Part shown: one piece after another, positions 9,766 to 20,691 of the stretch
Layout: every line of letters starts with the position of its first letter
Numbering within the stretch: position 1 is the first letter of the stretch
Source of the DNA: Terriglobia bacterium
GTDB taxonomy: Bacteria > Acidobacteriota > Terriglobia > 2-12-FULL-54-10
Length of the DNA stretch: 64,000 nt
Reading direction: 5' to 3'
NCBI GenBank assembly: GCA_963666975.2
Contig: CAXVYR010000003.1
Coordinates: forward strand, 832,001 to 896,000
The notes under the pieces: model-generated
The model's database searches: none
What the model was told of the DNA's origin: nothing
The model's input: only the letters and a program-made list of their open reading frames with translations
Program-made: the position numbers and the translations under genes

Positions 9766-11100
9766 ATGAGCTTTCGCTTCACGCTGTTTCTCGGCTTTCT
9801 ATTGCTCAACTTGATGGCCTACCTCTCCCTGCGCCGCTCGGTATCGGTGTGGGTGAGTCCGGGCCGCCGCCGGAGAGTGCTTGACTTGGTAAGCCTGGCC
9901 GTTTGCCTGCTGAACATTCCCTTGCTCGTGTTTTTCATTCGCCAGGCGAGCGGCACCCTGCACTTGGTCTCCCCTGCGGTGCTCCAGATTGTCTTCTACC
10001 CCGCCATGGCGTGGCTGACTACCATCATCATTTTCTTTTTCATTGCCGGACCCTCCATGCTGATTTGGTCCATAGGAAAGGCCCTGGTTGGCTTGGTCCG
10101 CAAGGGAAAGCATGTGCTCTCCGGACCGCCGCCGCCCACCCTGACCTCCCGTGCGCCCGCCGTATCGCGGCGCAGCTTTATCGCCGGAAGCACCGGCCTG
10201 ATGATCCCCGCAATCTACGGCATGGCGGCATACGGAGCTTACGGCAGTATGGGCGAGATCGATATCTCCGAGGAGATCGCCATCCCCCTGCCCCATTTGC
10301 CAAGATCGTTGGATGGATTGACGATTGTTCAGCTTTCCGATCTTCACGTGGGTCCTTACATTCGCGAGAAGGAGTTGCAGCACGTCGTCAGTCTCACCAA
10401 CGATCTGCGCCCCGACGTGGTGGTCATCACCGGGGACATACTCGACCGGAGCCTTTCCAGCCTGCCGGATGCGGTGCGCGGGTTGACGGGAATCAAGGCT
10501 CCGCTGGGCGTGTTCACCGTCCTGGGAAACCACGATATTTCCTCCGACCGGTTTAGCTACTCAGAAAATTTTCGCGGCGGGGTCAACATTGACAACGGAC
10601 TCCAGTCCATCGGCATCCGGACCTTGCGGAACCAGGTGATTCGCATAGGCTCCGGCCAGGACCAACTGGCGCTGCTCGGCCTCGACTGGCTTTCGACGCC
10701 CGGTTCCAGAAGTTTCTACAGCTATCAGCGCAGCGAATCCCAGCGGCAACTGGCCCGCATGACGGAAGAGGCCGGCCCGGAAACGCCTACCGTTTTGCTG
10801 GCTCATCACCCCCACACTTTTATGGACGCAGCGCCGCTCGGCATCGGCCTGACGCTCTCCGGGCATACGCATGGCGGCGGACAGATCATCTTGGCCACCG
10901 TGGACGGCGTCCCCATCGGCATCGCCACCCTCCGCTTCAAATACTTGAGCGGCCTGTATAAGGAAAACGGCTGCTCACTCTATGTCAATCGCGGCATTGG
11001 GTATCTCGGCATTCCTATTCGGATCAACTGCCCGCCGGAGATCAGCCGGTTCAAAGTGATCTCTGCCGCTTCGGCTGAGAGCGAACCGCTGCCTTCCTAG
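9766..11100 (+). CDS. Membrane-anchored metallophosphoesterase (YkuE/YaeI-like)
   Basis: N-terminal TM helices, SRRSF, DLH, GD, GNHD, HHP, SGHTHGG, VNRGIG. Confidence 0.9.
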   Translation: MSFRFTLFLGFLLLNLMAYLSLRRSVSVWVSPGRRRRVLDLVSLAVCLLNIPLLVFFIRQASGTLHLVSPAVLQIVFYPAMAWLTTIIIFFFIAGPSMLIWSIGKALVGLVRKGKHVLSGPPPPTLTSRAPAVSRRSFIAGSTGLMIPAIYGMAAYGAYGSMGEIDISEEIAIPLPHLPRSLDGLTIVQLSDLHVGPYIREKELQHVVSLTNDLRPDVVVITGDILDRSLSSLPDAVRGLTGIKAPLGVFTVLGNHDISSDRFSYSENFRGGVNIDNGLQSIGIRTLRNQVIRIGSGQDQLALLGLDWLSTPGSRSFYSYQRSESQRQLARMTEEAGPETPTVLLAHHPHTFMDAAPLGIGLTLSGHTHGGGQIILATVDGVPIGIATLRFKYLSGLYKENGCSLYVNRGIGYLGIPIRINCPPEISRFKVISAASAESEPLPS

Positions 11101-11754
11101 GAAGAAGTCTTTGGCCGGTAGTCACGGCGATCTACGCAGGTGTCGTAGGTAGTCCGGTCAATTCTAATCCAGTCAGTTTTTTCGATACCACGGCGATTGC
11201 GCATCGTCGGGCTGGATGGAAACGCGGAGGCCACCTTAATCCATCTGCCTTGCTCCCGAGCGATTGCACGGATTTCTTCCGCCACTTCCGACAGGTCCTG
11301 GTCCTGGCTGAAAATAAGCGCCACATCATACTCATTCTGGTGGGCCATGCGGATGCTGTCCAGGGCGATACGGACGTCGATTCCTTTTTCCTCGCCGGTT
11401 AAAAAGGTGTGTGTGCGCCGGTTAAAAAGGTGTGTGTACCGTCCGGCAACTTGATGACTCTGTTCTGGTAACGCAAGGAGCGCGAGAATACCTGGACCCC
11501 TGACGGCCCATAACTGCCAGTTTTGAGGACCAGAAAGAGTGCCAAAAAGGATCGTCTGCCGGATCAGGAATGCCCGTGTAGAACCACATCTGGCTCACAT
11601 TCCATCCGGCAGCTCCAGCGACAGCCCGAGACAGAGCGGCTACATCGTAGTTTGGGTAGGTATAGTCGAAAGATTCCCTGACGGAGTGGAACAGATTCTG
11701 TCCATCTACGAAGATGACGGCGCTCTTGACGGTTGGTTCAGGGGACAACTCCAT
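11097..11754 (-). pseudogene. NYN/LabA (PIN-like) domain nuclease, frameshifted in this sequence
   Basis: IFVDGQNL..; EEKGIDVRIALD; FSQDQDL across frames; missing G near 11497 and a 23-bp-period duplication at 11393-11437. Confidence 0.8.
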
Positions 11755-11827
11755 CCCCCCCCCCCCTCAAATAAATAACCCCGCCCGAGGCCTTACGGCA
11801 TGTCGAGCGGGGAGCAAGTGCACTTCC

Positions 11828-11855
11828 ATGTTAGCAAGCCCCGGTTCCTTGTCAA
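11828..11855 (-). promoter_or_regulatory. Sigma70-like promoter for NYN gene
   Basis: TTGACA-16 nt-TAACAT with TG extension on the minus strand. Confidence 0.55.
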
Positions 11856-11874
11856 GCCTCATCTTGGACAGGTT

Positions 11875-12646
11875 TTACAACCGGTTAATCATGCTGGCGA
11901 TGCAGGCGGCTCCGAAGCCGTTGTCGATGTTGACCACGCCTCATCTTGGCCACGTTGCTGGCGCAGCTATTCAACATTCCGAGCAGCGCCGCCAAGCCGT
12001 GGAAACTCGATCCGTAGCCGATGCTGGTGGGAACGGCGATGACCGGAACGGCTACGAGACCCGCCACCACGCTGGGCAACGCCCCCTCCATCCCCGCCAC
12101 GCAGACAATTACCCGCGCCGATGCCAGCTCGCTCCGGCTGTTCATCAAGCGATGGATCCCGGCTACGCCTACGTCATAGAGATGCCCCACAGGGTTCCCC
12201 ATCACCTCGGCTGTGACCAGCGCTTCTTCGGCTACGGGGATGTCGGAGGAACCGGCGGAGACGACCAGGATTTTTCCCTTGCCATACTGGGTGCGGTCGC
12301 GGCAGATGGCGATGGTACCCGAAAGAGGATGGAAGATGGCTGCCCTGGCGACCCGCTTCACCCTGGCCGCCACGGCGCGGTCGGCCCGGGTGATGAGGAC
12401 GTTTTTCGTGCTCTTCAGCATCTGCCGGACGATCTGCTCGACCTGCTGCGGCGTTTTCCCGGCGGCATACACCGTCTCCGGCATTCCCTGCCGCAGTTGC
12501 CGGTGGTGATCGATCTTGGCGAAGCCCAGGTCTTCAAACGGCAGATGCTTCAGCCGCTCGACGGCATCCTCCGGCTTCATCTTTCCTTTTTGGACAGCCT
12601 CAAACAGTCGTTGGATTTGCTGCTGGTTCAATACTGTTTCCGCCAC
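11875..12646 (-). CDS. larB: Nickel-pincer cofactor biosynthesis protein LarB (apparent frameshift near 3' end)
   Basis: FAKIDHHR..G.PE, AGSSDIPVAEEA, DVGVAGIHRL, AGMEGALPS, PTSIGYG; C-terminal VVNIDNGFGAA lies in another frame after a ~10-nt insertion. Confidence 0.88.
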
Positions 12647-12815
12647 TTATCGCTTTTTAGTGTTTTCCTGTTAGTGCTTGCCTGTTTTCGTCGCTTGCCT
12701 TCGTCCGTACTGCGTCCGTACTGCGGAGAATCAGTTTAACAACCCTCTCGGATGAGACCAAGCGATTTGCGAGGCTGACGTATAATGGATTGATTTTTTC
12801 TGGTGCTTCAAGCCA

Positions 12816-13736
12816 ATGGCTGATTCTTTGTCAAAAGAAACAAACGGCTCTCCCTTCTCCCTCTTGCGGAGCCTCCGCACCACTTTGGAGATGATCCGAA
12901 TCGAGCACTCCCTCTTTGCCCTGCCGTTCGCCTTGATGGGAGCATTGCTCGCCGCCCGCGGCCTGCCCCATGGTCTGCCAACGACACAGCAGCTCCTGTG
13001 GATTGTGGTAGCAATGGTCGGGGCGCGCTCCGCCGCCATGAGCTTCAACCGCCTGATCGACCGGCATCTCGACGCACGGAACCCTCGCACCGCCGGATGG
13101 GCACTGCCCGCCGGCGCGCTCAGCGTTCGCTTTGTCGTTTATTTTGCGCTCCTTTCTTCGGCGCTGCTCGTGATCGCGGCCCACCAGTTGAACCCCCTGG
13201 CGTTCCGGCTTTCTCCCGTCGCGCTGGCTATCCTGTTTGTCTATTCCTATACGAAACGGTTCACTGTTTTGTCCCACCTCGTGCTTGGCTTCTGCCTGGG
13301 GATGGCGCCCGCAGCCGCATGGATCGCCATCCGGGGAACTCTGGAGCCGAGCATCCTGCTGCTGACGGCCGCTGTGACGCTGTGGACTGCCGGGTTCGAC
13401 ATTCTGTACTCCTGCCAGGACGCGAGGTTTGACGCGCAAGCCGGACTGCACAGCGTACCCCAGCGATGGGGCATCGCACGCGCCTTGCAGATCTCCTCGG
13501 CCCTGCATTTTCTGATGGCGATCCTGCTGATCTGGCTGGCGCGGCTCGAACATCTGGGCTGGATGAGCTTGGCCGGGGTTGCAGTCACCGCGCTGCTGCT
13601 GATCTATGAACACCGCTTGGTCAAGCCTGCCGACCTTTCCCGCCTCAACGCAGCTTTCTTTACGGCCAATGGGTGGATCGGAATTCTTCTCCTGCTCTTT
13701 TGGGGATTTGATATAGTCGTCCAAGGGCAGCGTTAA
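12816..13736 (+). CDS. UbiA-family polyprenyltransferase (MqnP-like)
   Basis: EHSLFALPFA, NRLIDRHLDARNPRT, YSYTKRFT, FDILYSCQD..FD. Confidence 0.9.
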   Translation: MADSLSKETNGSPFSLLRSLRTTLEMIRIEHSLFALPFALMGALLAARGLPHGLPTTQQLLWIVVAMVGARSAAMSFNRLIDRHLDARNPRTAGWALPAGALSVRFVVYFALLSSALLVIAAHQLNPLAFRLSPVALAILFVYSYTKRFTVLSHLVLGFCLGMAPAAAWIAIRGTLEPSILLLTAAVTLWTAGFDILYSCQDARFDAQAGLHSVPQRWGIARALQISSALHFLMAILLIWLARLEHLGWMSLAGVAVTALLLIYEHRLVKPADLSRLNAAFFTANGWIGILLLLFWGFDIVVQGQR

Positions 13737-13763
13737 AAGAACCCGCCACAAAACCGCAGAGCT

Positions 13764-15098
13764 TCAGGGCTGCGCCTTCGCGCGATATTTGCCGGCGATA
13801 GCTCCTCCGATGAGCAGGGCGTAAAAAGGGATGTACTCCAGCAGCCGGAAGAAAGTCTCCTCTTCCCACAATCCGAGCGTGCGATAGGGAATCAAAACGT
13901 GGTAGAAAAGAAATGTCGTAACGGTAAGCAGCAGCCAGGCCGGGTTCGGATAAATCGCCAGCAGCGGCACAATCCATGTTACATACCAGGGGAAACAGTT
14001 CGGCGAAACAAGCAGAACCGTCCCCAGAATCAAGAAGGAGGCCCGCTCCGGCCTTAGCTTTCGCATGACTGCATAAAGGATGACCGCCGCAACAATCGAA
14101 AGATATATCCGCCAGCCCACGGTTGCCGACCCCGTGAACTCCCAAATCAAGGCGTAAAGACTATCGTTGTTTCGCCAGTTTTCCGTGTAGCCCGCAAGGT
14201 CATCGCCCAGGTGCCGCCACGCCCCGGCGTAGGGAGCGAATGCAACGGCAGCGACGAGCACCGGCACCCAAAGAAATTTCCAGGAAGTCCGAAAGAGGAA
14301 CACCGGTAGCAAGAAGGCAGCATAGAGCTTGGATAGCGCCGAGGCAGCCACGCCCGCCATCGACAGCTTCCCCTGCCCTTTCTGATACCACAGCAGCGCC
14401 AGAACAAAGGCAAAGACCGGGAGCGAGTCATTGTGGCCGCTCGCGCCGAAGACGACCACCGTCAATGGACTCCACGCATAAACGACCGCCCGCAGGGGCG
14501 AAACTCCCAGCGCAGGCAACAAACGAAACAGCAGAAGCACCACACCCAGGTCGAAGAAAAGATAGGGCAGCTTCAGGAGAATCACCCAATCGGTGAGAAG
14601 AAACGACAGCCAATAGAGTTCTTCGAGCAACGGGCCATAGACGGTCGCAAAGTCCCGTCCAGGGATGGCCGTGTAAGTCTCATCGCGCAAAAAAGCGAGG
14701 TCCGGATCGGAAGGGCGGGCCAGGTAAGGATTGTAGCCGGCCTGCTGCACCTTCCCCTCCCAGCGGTAACGGTACAGGTCATCGGAAAGCGAGGGATACA
14801 GGGGAAGCAGGGTGAGGCGAAATGCCGCTGCGGCCACGAAAACAAATACCAGCAGCGAGCGCTGCGGCGAGATTTTCTCCGAAAGATAGATCGAAACCAA
14901 GTACAATATTCCCACTAGGAGAATCAGCAGAATGAACGTCTCAACCTGCTCTTTCAGGTTGTTGAGACGAAGGATGAAAAGGTAGAAAAGCTCCATCGCT
15001 CCGGCCAGCGCCGCAAGCATCCAGATGAGCCGCCGGGAAGCGGGTTTGCCGTCCGCTGGTGTTGAGTTGTTGTGAATCATCTGACCGTTGTGAGGCAT
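13764..15098 (-). CDS. Polytopic GT-C fold glycosyltransferase (DUF2029/GT87-like)
   Basis: LSDDLYRYRWEG..G.NPY, YGPL, YAWSPL..GHND, PWY; many TM segments. Confidence 0.75.
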   Translation of the reverse strand: MPHNGQMIHNNSTPADGKPASRRLIWMLAALAGAMELFYLFILRLNNLKEQVETFILLILLVGILYLVSIYLSEKISPQRSLLVFVFVAAAAFRLTLLPLYPSLSDDLYRYRWEGKVQQAGYNPYLARPSDPDLAFLRDETYTAIPGRDFATVYGPLLEELYWLSFLLTDWVILLKLPYLFFDLGVVLLLFRLLPALGVSPLRAVVYAWSPLTVVVFGASGHNDSLPVFAFVLALLWYQKGQGKLSMAGVAASALSKLYAAFLLPVFLFRTSWKFLWVPVLVAAVAFAPYAGAWRHLGDDLAGYTENWRNNDSLYALIWEFTGSATVGWRIYLSIVAAVILYAVMRKLRPERASFLILGTVLLVSPNCFPWYVTWIVPLLAIYPNPAWLLLTVTTFLFYHVLIPYRTLGLWEEETFFRLLEYIPFYALLIGGAIAGKYRAKAQP

Positions 15099-15120
15099 CT
15101 AATAGTTTGGTCTGATTCCT

Positions 15121-16752
15121 ATGACGTATCCCGCAACGATTTTAGCAGCAGAAAACCCCCTGCTCCTCTACTTTGAGCGTCTCTTCATTGCGGACCCTTT
15201 CAGCGGGATGTACCAAGTCAATGCCTTCGATCTGCTTTTATTGATCCCTTACTTCCTGGTGCTGGCCATCTTGTCCGTCTACGGACTCCACCGTTACTAT
15301 CTGGTGTACACCTATTATCGCTACCGCCGCAACCTGCCCAAACGCGAGCCGGGCCAGATGAATCCCCTTCCCCGCGTCACCGTTCAATTGCCCGTCTACA
15401 ATGAACGCTACGTGGTGGAACGGCTGATTGATGCAGTCTGCCGCTTGGAATATCCCTCCGAGCTGCTGGAGATTCAGGTCCTGGACGATTCCACCGATGA
15501 CACCTCCACCGCAGCCCGCCACTGCGTGGAACGTCATGCCGCCCTCGGCTTTCCCATTGGCTACTTTCACCGGAACAACCGGCAGGGATTCAAAGCAGGC
15601 GCTCTGGCTGCGGGGTTGCAAATTGCCCGGGGCGAGTTCGTGGCCATCTTCGACGCCGACTTCCTGCCGCCGCCGAACTTCCTGCAAACCACGCTTCCTT
15701 GCTTTCGCGACCGCACGGTCGGCATGGTACAAACTCGCTGGAGCTATATCAACCGCAATTATTCCCTGCTGACCCGCGTGCAGTCCATCCTGCTCGACGG
15801 CCATTTTATCCTGGAGCACGGCGCGCGATCCCGTTCCGGCTGTTTCTTCAACTTCAACGGAACGGCCGGCATCTGGCGCCGACAAGCCATTGAAGAGGCC
15901 GGCGGCTGGCAGCACGACACGCTGACCGAGGATACAGACCTCAGCTACCGCGCCCAGTTGCGCGGATGGAAGTTTCTTTACTTGCAGGAGGTCGAGTGTC
16001 CGAGCGAATTGCCGGTGGAGATGAACGCCTTCAAGTCCCAGCAGGCCCGCTGGGCGAAAGGGTTGATTCAGACAGCGCGCAAATTGCTTCCCACGCTGTG
16101 GCGCAGCCCGCTCCCCTGGCACGTCAAGATGGAGGCTTTTTTTCATCTGACCGCCAACATCTGCTACCCCTTGATGGCGGTCCTGGCCGCGCTGTTGTTG
16201 CCTGCCATGATCGTGCGATTTTACCAGGGCTGGTTTCAGATGCTCTATATCGACCTGCCGCTTTTGCTGGCCGCCACTTGCTCAATTTCCGCCTTCTATC
16301 TGGTCTCGCAGCGCGAACTGTTTCCCGGAGAATGGAAGCAAACCATCAAGTTCCTTCCGCTCCTGATGGCCACCGGCATCGGGCTGACCCTCAGCAACTC
16401 ACGGGCGGTGATGGAAGCCCTGTTCGGCGTCCCTTCCCCATTTGTCCGAACGGCGAAGTACCGCATTGAATCGAGCTCCGACCGCATCGCGAACAAAAAA
16501 TACCGGCACCGCGCCAACTGGATTGCTCTGCTTGAAATGCTGGCTGGCTGTTATTTCGTCTTTACGGTTTACTACGCGGTCGAAAACGAAAACTATGCGA
16601 CGGTCCCCTTCCTTTGCCTGTTTGCGTGTGGATATTTGGGAATGGGATTGCTCTCCGCCTTTCAGGGAAAAGGGGAGAAACTGCTGGGCGTGCTGTACAG
16701 CCGCCTGGCGCTGTTGCTGCGGCCCATCGCAAAGGGTTTGCAGGAATCTTGA
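15121..16752 (+). CDS. Cellulose-synthase-like GT2 glycosyltransferase
   Basis: QLPVYNE, DDSTD, KAGAL, FDADF, TEDTD, QQARW motifs. Confidence 0.92.
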   Translation: MTYPATILAAENPLLLYFERLFIADPFSGMYQVNAFDLLLLIPYFLVLAILSVYGLHRYYLVYTYYRYRRNLPKREPGQMNPLPRVTVQLPVYNERYVVERLIDAVCRLEYPSELLEIQVLDDSTDDTSTAARHCVERHAALGFPIGYFHRNNRQGFKAGALAAGLQIARGEFVAIFDADFLPPPNFLQTTLPCFRDRTVGMVQTRWSYINRNYSLLTRVQSILLDGHFILEHGARSRSGCFFNFNGTAGIWRRQAIEEAGGWQHDTLTEDTDLSYRAQLRGWKFLYLQEVECPSELPVEMNAFKSQQARWAKGLIQTARKLLPTLWRSPLPWHVKMEAFFHLTANICYPLMAVLAALLLPAMIVRFYQGWFQMLYIDLPLLLAATCSISAFYLVSQRELFPGEWKQTIKFLPLLMATGIGLTLSNSRAVMEALFGVPSPFVRTAKYRIESSSDRIANKKYRHRANWIALLEMLAGCYFVFTVYYAVENENYATVPFLCLFACGYLGMGLLSAFQGKGEKLLGVLYSRLALLLRPIAKGLQES

Positions 16753-16823
16753 GGCGGATAGCATCTGTCTCACAATCGGGCGGCGGTTTGCAAAGAGCAA
16801 TCACTCCAAGAACGATCAATCCA

Positions 16824-18209
16824 GTGCAACGATTTGTCGACTTTCCGGCTGCCTGCCTTCTAGCGATCCATTTTCTGTCTGCATTTCTGGCTTGCATGGC
16901 GGCAGCGGGGCAAGCTGGGGCGCAAGAGCGCGAGCCCCTGGCGATGTACCGGGAACGCCGTGCGGCTCTCCGGGAAAAGCTCAAAGACGGGATCATTGTT
17001 CTCTTCGGGAACCAAGAGGGACCGGGGTCAGAAGCATTCCACGTTTTTCGCCAGGAAAATAATTTCTACTACCTGACCGGCCTCAACGAGCCGGGCGCCG
17101 CGCTTCTGCTGGCTCCGCCGCTCCAGGACCGGCGTTCTCCTTACTGGAAACAATTCTCGAAACTCCCCCGCGAAATTCTTTTCCTGCCCCAGCCCAACCC
17201 GCAGCAGGAAAAATGGACCGGCCCCAAACCGGACCTCTACGACGATTCCATTCATGCTCAAGTCGGGTTCGCAGCCGTCCAGGGAATGGAAACGCTCGGG
17301 AGCGAGGTCCGCCGGCTTGCTCCGGGCTACCGTGCAGTCTATACCCTGCTGCCTTCGGCGCACGCATCCGAGATGGAGACGGCCTTGTACAAAGGACGCC
17401 TGGAAAAGCTGGAAGCAATCTTACCCCTCGCCAGAATCCGCGACGCCCGCAGAGCCCTGGCCAGCCTGCGCCAGATAAAGTCAGAGAGCGAACTGGGACT
17501 GATCCGCCGCGCCGTAGACTGTTCCATCGATGCGCACTTGGTGGCGGCGCGCGACTTGCGGGAGGGTCTGTTTGAATATGAAATTGCGGCCTTGATGAAA
17601 TACACCTTTGAGCGCGCTGGCTGCGAGCGGCCCTCATTCGCTCCCATGGTTGGCTCCGGAGAGCGCTCCACCATCCTGCACTACAACCGCAACCGGGGAC
17701 AGCTCGAAACCGGAGACTTGGTGGTCATTGATGTGGGCGGAGAATACGGGCACTACGCAGCCGACATCACGCGGACCTTGCCTGTCAGCGGCCGCTTCAC
17801 GCCCCGGCAACGGGAAATCTACGAGATTGTTCTCGGAGCTCAACAGGCCGCCATGGAAGCCGTCAAGCCCGGCGTCAATCTCACCGGACGTGATCCCGGC
17901 AGCCTCTACCAAACCGCCTACGAGTACATCAATACCCACGGCAAGGACCGGCACGGCAAGCCCCTCGGGAAATATTTCACCCACGGGGTGGGGCACCACG
18001 TCGGCCTGGACGTGCACGACGCAGCGGTCCCCAGGACGACGCTCGAAGCCGGGATGGTGATCGCCATTGAGCCCGGCATCTATCTGCCGGAGGAAAACCT
18101 CGGGGTCCGCATAGAGGATATGGTGCTGGTGACATCAGACGGGTATCTGCTCCTCACGGAACGATTGCCCCGCACAGTAAAGCAGATTGAAAGCTTGCTG
18201 CAAAAGTGA
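16824..18209 (+). CDS. Xaa-Pro aminopeptidase (M24B), probably exported
   Basis: RQENNFYYLTG, LHY, DVGGE..ADITRT, HGVGHHVGLDVHD, EPGIY, GVRIED; start uncertain. Confidence 0.9.
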   Translation: MQRFVDFPAACLLAIHFLSAFLACMAAAGQAGAQEREPLAMYRERRAALREKLKDGIIVLFGNQEGPGSEAFHVFRQENNFYYLTGLNEPGAALLLAPPLQDRRSPYWKQFSKLPREILFLPQPNPQQEKWTGPKPDLYDDSIHAQVGFAAVQGMETLGSEVRRLAPGYRAVYTLLPSAHASEMETALYKGRLEKLEAILPLARIRDARRALASLRQIKSESELGLIRRAVDCSIDAHLVAARDLREGLFEYEIAALMKYTFERAGCERPSFAPMVGSGERSTILHYNRNRGQLETGDLVVIDVGGEYGHYAADITRTLPVSGRFTPRQREIYEIVLGAQQAAMEAVKPGVNLTGRDPGSLYQTAYEYINTHGKDRHGKPLGKYFTHGVGHHVGLDVHDAAVPRTTLEAGMVIAIEPGIYLPEENLGVRIEDMVLVTSDGYLLLTERLPRTVKQIESLLQK

Positions 18210-18408
18210 GCACTACAAAAACCTCGCCGCAATCGTTCCTAGTCATCGCACCAGATTGACGGGGTTTCCCTCCTTCCCTATAATAAAAGCACCGCAGCCT
18301 TCTCATTTGCTCTGGAGCAACCGGGATCAGCCCGACGAAAGTAAAGCGTTTGCGACATTGGGATCGGGAGCTTTCGCGGAAATAAAACTTAAAGGAATTC
18401 CCTGAGAA

Positions 18409-18969
18409 ATGATACCAGCGACCCAGTTGCGGCCAGGCAACGTCATCAAGCATGAAGGAGAGCTGTGTTCCGTTTTTGGAGTCTCTCACCGGACGCCCGG
18501 AAATAAACGCGGCTTTGTGCAAGCCAAGCTCCGCAACCTGCGCTCCGGCTCCATGATGGAGCACCGCTTCCGGTCCGAGGATACTGTCGAGTTGGCCATC
18601 ATCGATAAGCAGGATATGGAGTACCTCTACAACGACGGCGATGATTTCCATTTTATGAACACCGAGACCTTCGAGCAGATCCAACTGTCGCGGTCGGTCC
18701 TGGGCGAGGGCGCGAACTACCTGACGCCTAACGTGCAGATCAAGGTGGAGTTTTTTGAAGGGAATCCCGTCGGCATTGAGTTGCCCACTACGGTGGACAT
18801 GACGGTAGTGGAAACCGAACCCGGATTGAAAAGCGCCACCGCCAGCAGCGTCACCAAACCCGCCAAGCTCGAAACGGGTTTCGTGGTGCAGGTTCCTCCC
18901 TTTATCAGCACGGGGGAAAAGATTCGCGTGGATACCGCAGAAGGCAAATACTTGGAAAGAGCAAAGTAA
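18409..18969 (+). CDS. efp: Elongation factor P
   Basis: HRTPGNKRG loop, [20 protein letters not shown]. Confidence 0.96.
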   Translation: MIPATQLRPGNVIKHEGELCSVFGVSHRTPGNKRGFVQAKLRNLRSGSMMEHRFRSEDTVELAIIDKQDMEYLYNDGDDFHFMNTETFEQIQLSRSVLGEGANYLTPNVQIKVEFFEGNPVGIELPTTVDMTVVETEPGLKSATASSVTKPAKLETGFVVQVPPFISTGEKIRVDTAEGKYLERAK

Positions 18970-19008
18970 AAACAGGTCCGCCCGGCCCGATCGAATGGTC
19001 CGGGAGAA

Positions 19009-19206
19009 ATGACCGCTCCCCTGAATGGGCAGAACTGGGTGACCTGTGAATTATTGCTTCCCTTCTCCGGGCTGGCTCCGAGCTTTGCGGGATTGTATCA
19101 GGTCAACGCCGTGGTCCCGGCGGGCGTGACACCCGGCAACGACGTGCCGGTGGTCCTCAGCGTCTCCGGGCAGGACAACCCCCCCCGGTGACTATGCCGT
19201 GCAGTC
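19009..19206 (+). pseudogene. Remnant of Solibacter-type (TIGR03437-like) C-terminal domain
   Basis: FSGLAPSFAGLYQVNAVVPAGVTPGNDVPVVLSV with no preceding protein body. Confidence 0.6.
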
Positions 19207-19334
19207 AGGGGGCAGCGCAGTAAGAAGGCCGTGCAGTGATCTGATTGAGGAGCAATCCGGCAGAGACGCGCCAGCAGGGGACGGTTAGCATCAGGATGGC
19301 CACGATTTCCGGAAGAGGCATCCCGCGCCTTAGG

Positions 19335-20579
19335 TCAGGCAGCTTCCGGCTGGCTCTCCAAGGCATTCAGCAATTCAATGGCGCGCTGGAAGGGAGCATC
19401 TTCACGGGGTTGTTGCGGCGCGGGCGGCTCTTCCCCTTCGGCAGATCCTTCATCCACCCCTTCATCCGCCCCTTCACCAGATAAAGAAACAAACTCCCGC
19501 TCTTCCGCAACCAGCACATTGGGCGTAATGCCGTTGCCCTGGATTTCCTTGCCGGACGGGGTAAAGTACTTGGCAATGGAGAGGATCAGCGCCGAGCCGT
19601 CGTCCATCGGGATCAGTTTCTGAATCGCGCCAATCCCGTAAGTTTTCTCTCCCACCACATCGCCCCTGCGGTTATCCATAATGGCTGCGGCCAGGACCTC
19701 CGCGCCGCCGCCGGAAAATTGATTGACCAGCACAACCAGCGGTTCCTCTGAAAAGGCTTTATTGGGATCGGCAATGAAGCTCCGGCGGGGATATTGCTGC
19801 CCGCTGAGGTAGCTGATGAGCCCGCGCTTCAAAAATAGGTTCGCCGCAGCAATTGCTTCTTCGATCTCCCCCGAGGCGTTGTCGCGCAGGTCCAGCACGA
19901 ATTTCTCGGCTCCGCTTTCCCGCAACTCCTGAATCAGGGTTGCGATTTGCCCTGACGCGCCCTCCGGGAAAGCTTCCACGCGCAGGTAGCCGATTCCAGG
20001 ACTCACGATGCGGCCCACCACGTCCGGGAGAAGCGTTACCGCCCGCTCCAGTTGGAACAGTTTTGGATCCGCAGCGCGTTCCCGGACGACGGCGATCTCC
20101 ACCAGGGAACCTCCCGGCCCTGCCAGAATGGAGTTTACTTCCGCCAAAGACATCTCGCGGGTGCTTTGCCGGTTGACGGATTCAATCATGTCGCCCGGCC
20201 GCAGGCCGGCCTTTTGCACGGGGCTATTGGGCAGCACGGCCACAATGCTTACGAAGCCGAAGCGTTTGGAAAGCATGGCTCCAATCGAGGCCTCGCCCTG
20301 CTCCCTGCCTTGATACTCGCGATATTCCTCCGGGGTCAGGTAGCTGCTGTAAGGGTCCAGCGACTCGAGCAGCCCGTGCAGCGCTCCCTCGGTCACTCTT
20401 GTTAAATTGGCGTCTTCCACGTAATCACTTTCAATCCGGGAAAGAACCTCGCTTAAGACGGCAAGGGGGCGATACGGTTCCTGGGAACTTCTTTCCTGCC
20501 CCAGCAAAGCGCCGATGACCAGCGACAGGGTCAGCACTGTAGAAAATAAAACGACTGTGATTTTTCCGGGAAGTTTCAT
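19335..20579 (-). CDS. ctpA: S41 family carboxyl-terminal protease (PDZ)
   Basis: LDPYSSY, PDZ domain, LDLRDN, AEVLAAA..D..R, GEKTYG, AKYFTPSG; the usual SASASE motif reads SGGGAE. Confidence 0.82.
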   Translation of the reverse strand: MKLPGKITVVLFSTVLTLSLVIGALLGQERSSQEPYRPLAVLSEVLSRIESDYVEDANLTRVTEGALHGLLESLDPYSSYLTPEEYREYQGREQGEASIGAMLSKRFGFVSIVAVLPNSPVQKAGLRPGDMIESVNRQSTREMSLAEVNSILAGPGGSLVEIAVVRERAADPKLFQLERAVTLLPDVVGRIVSPGIGYLRVEAFPEGASGQIATLIQELRESGAEKFVLDLRDNASGEIEEAIAAANLFLKRGLISYLSGQQYPRRSFIADPNKAFSEEPLVVLVNQFSGGGAEVLAAAIMDNRRGDVVGEKTYGIGAIQKLIPMDDGSALILSIAKYFTPSGKEIQGNGITPNVLVAEEREFVSLSGEGADEGVDEGSAEGEEPPAPQQPREDAPFQRAIELLNALESQPEAA

Positions 20580-20691
20580 GGATCAATGCACCCCGCGTCT
20601 GCCATACAAAAACTAGGCTCATTATATCACGGCTGCTTTCCGGATTCGGGTTGAGCTTGTGCCCCTTCCCCGCAACGAGTTTGCCTGACCG

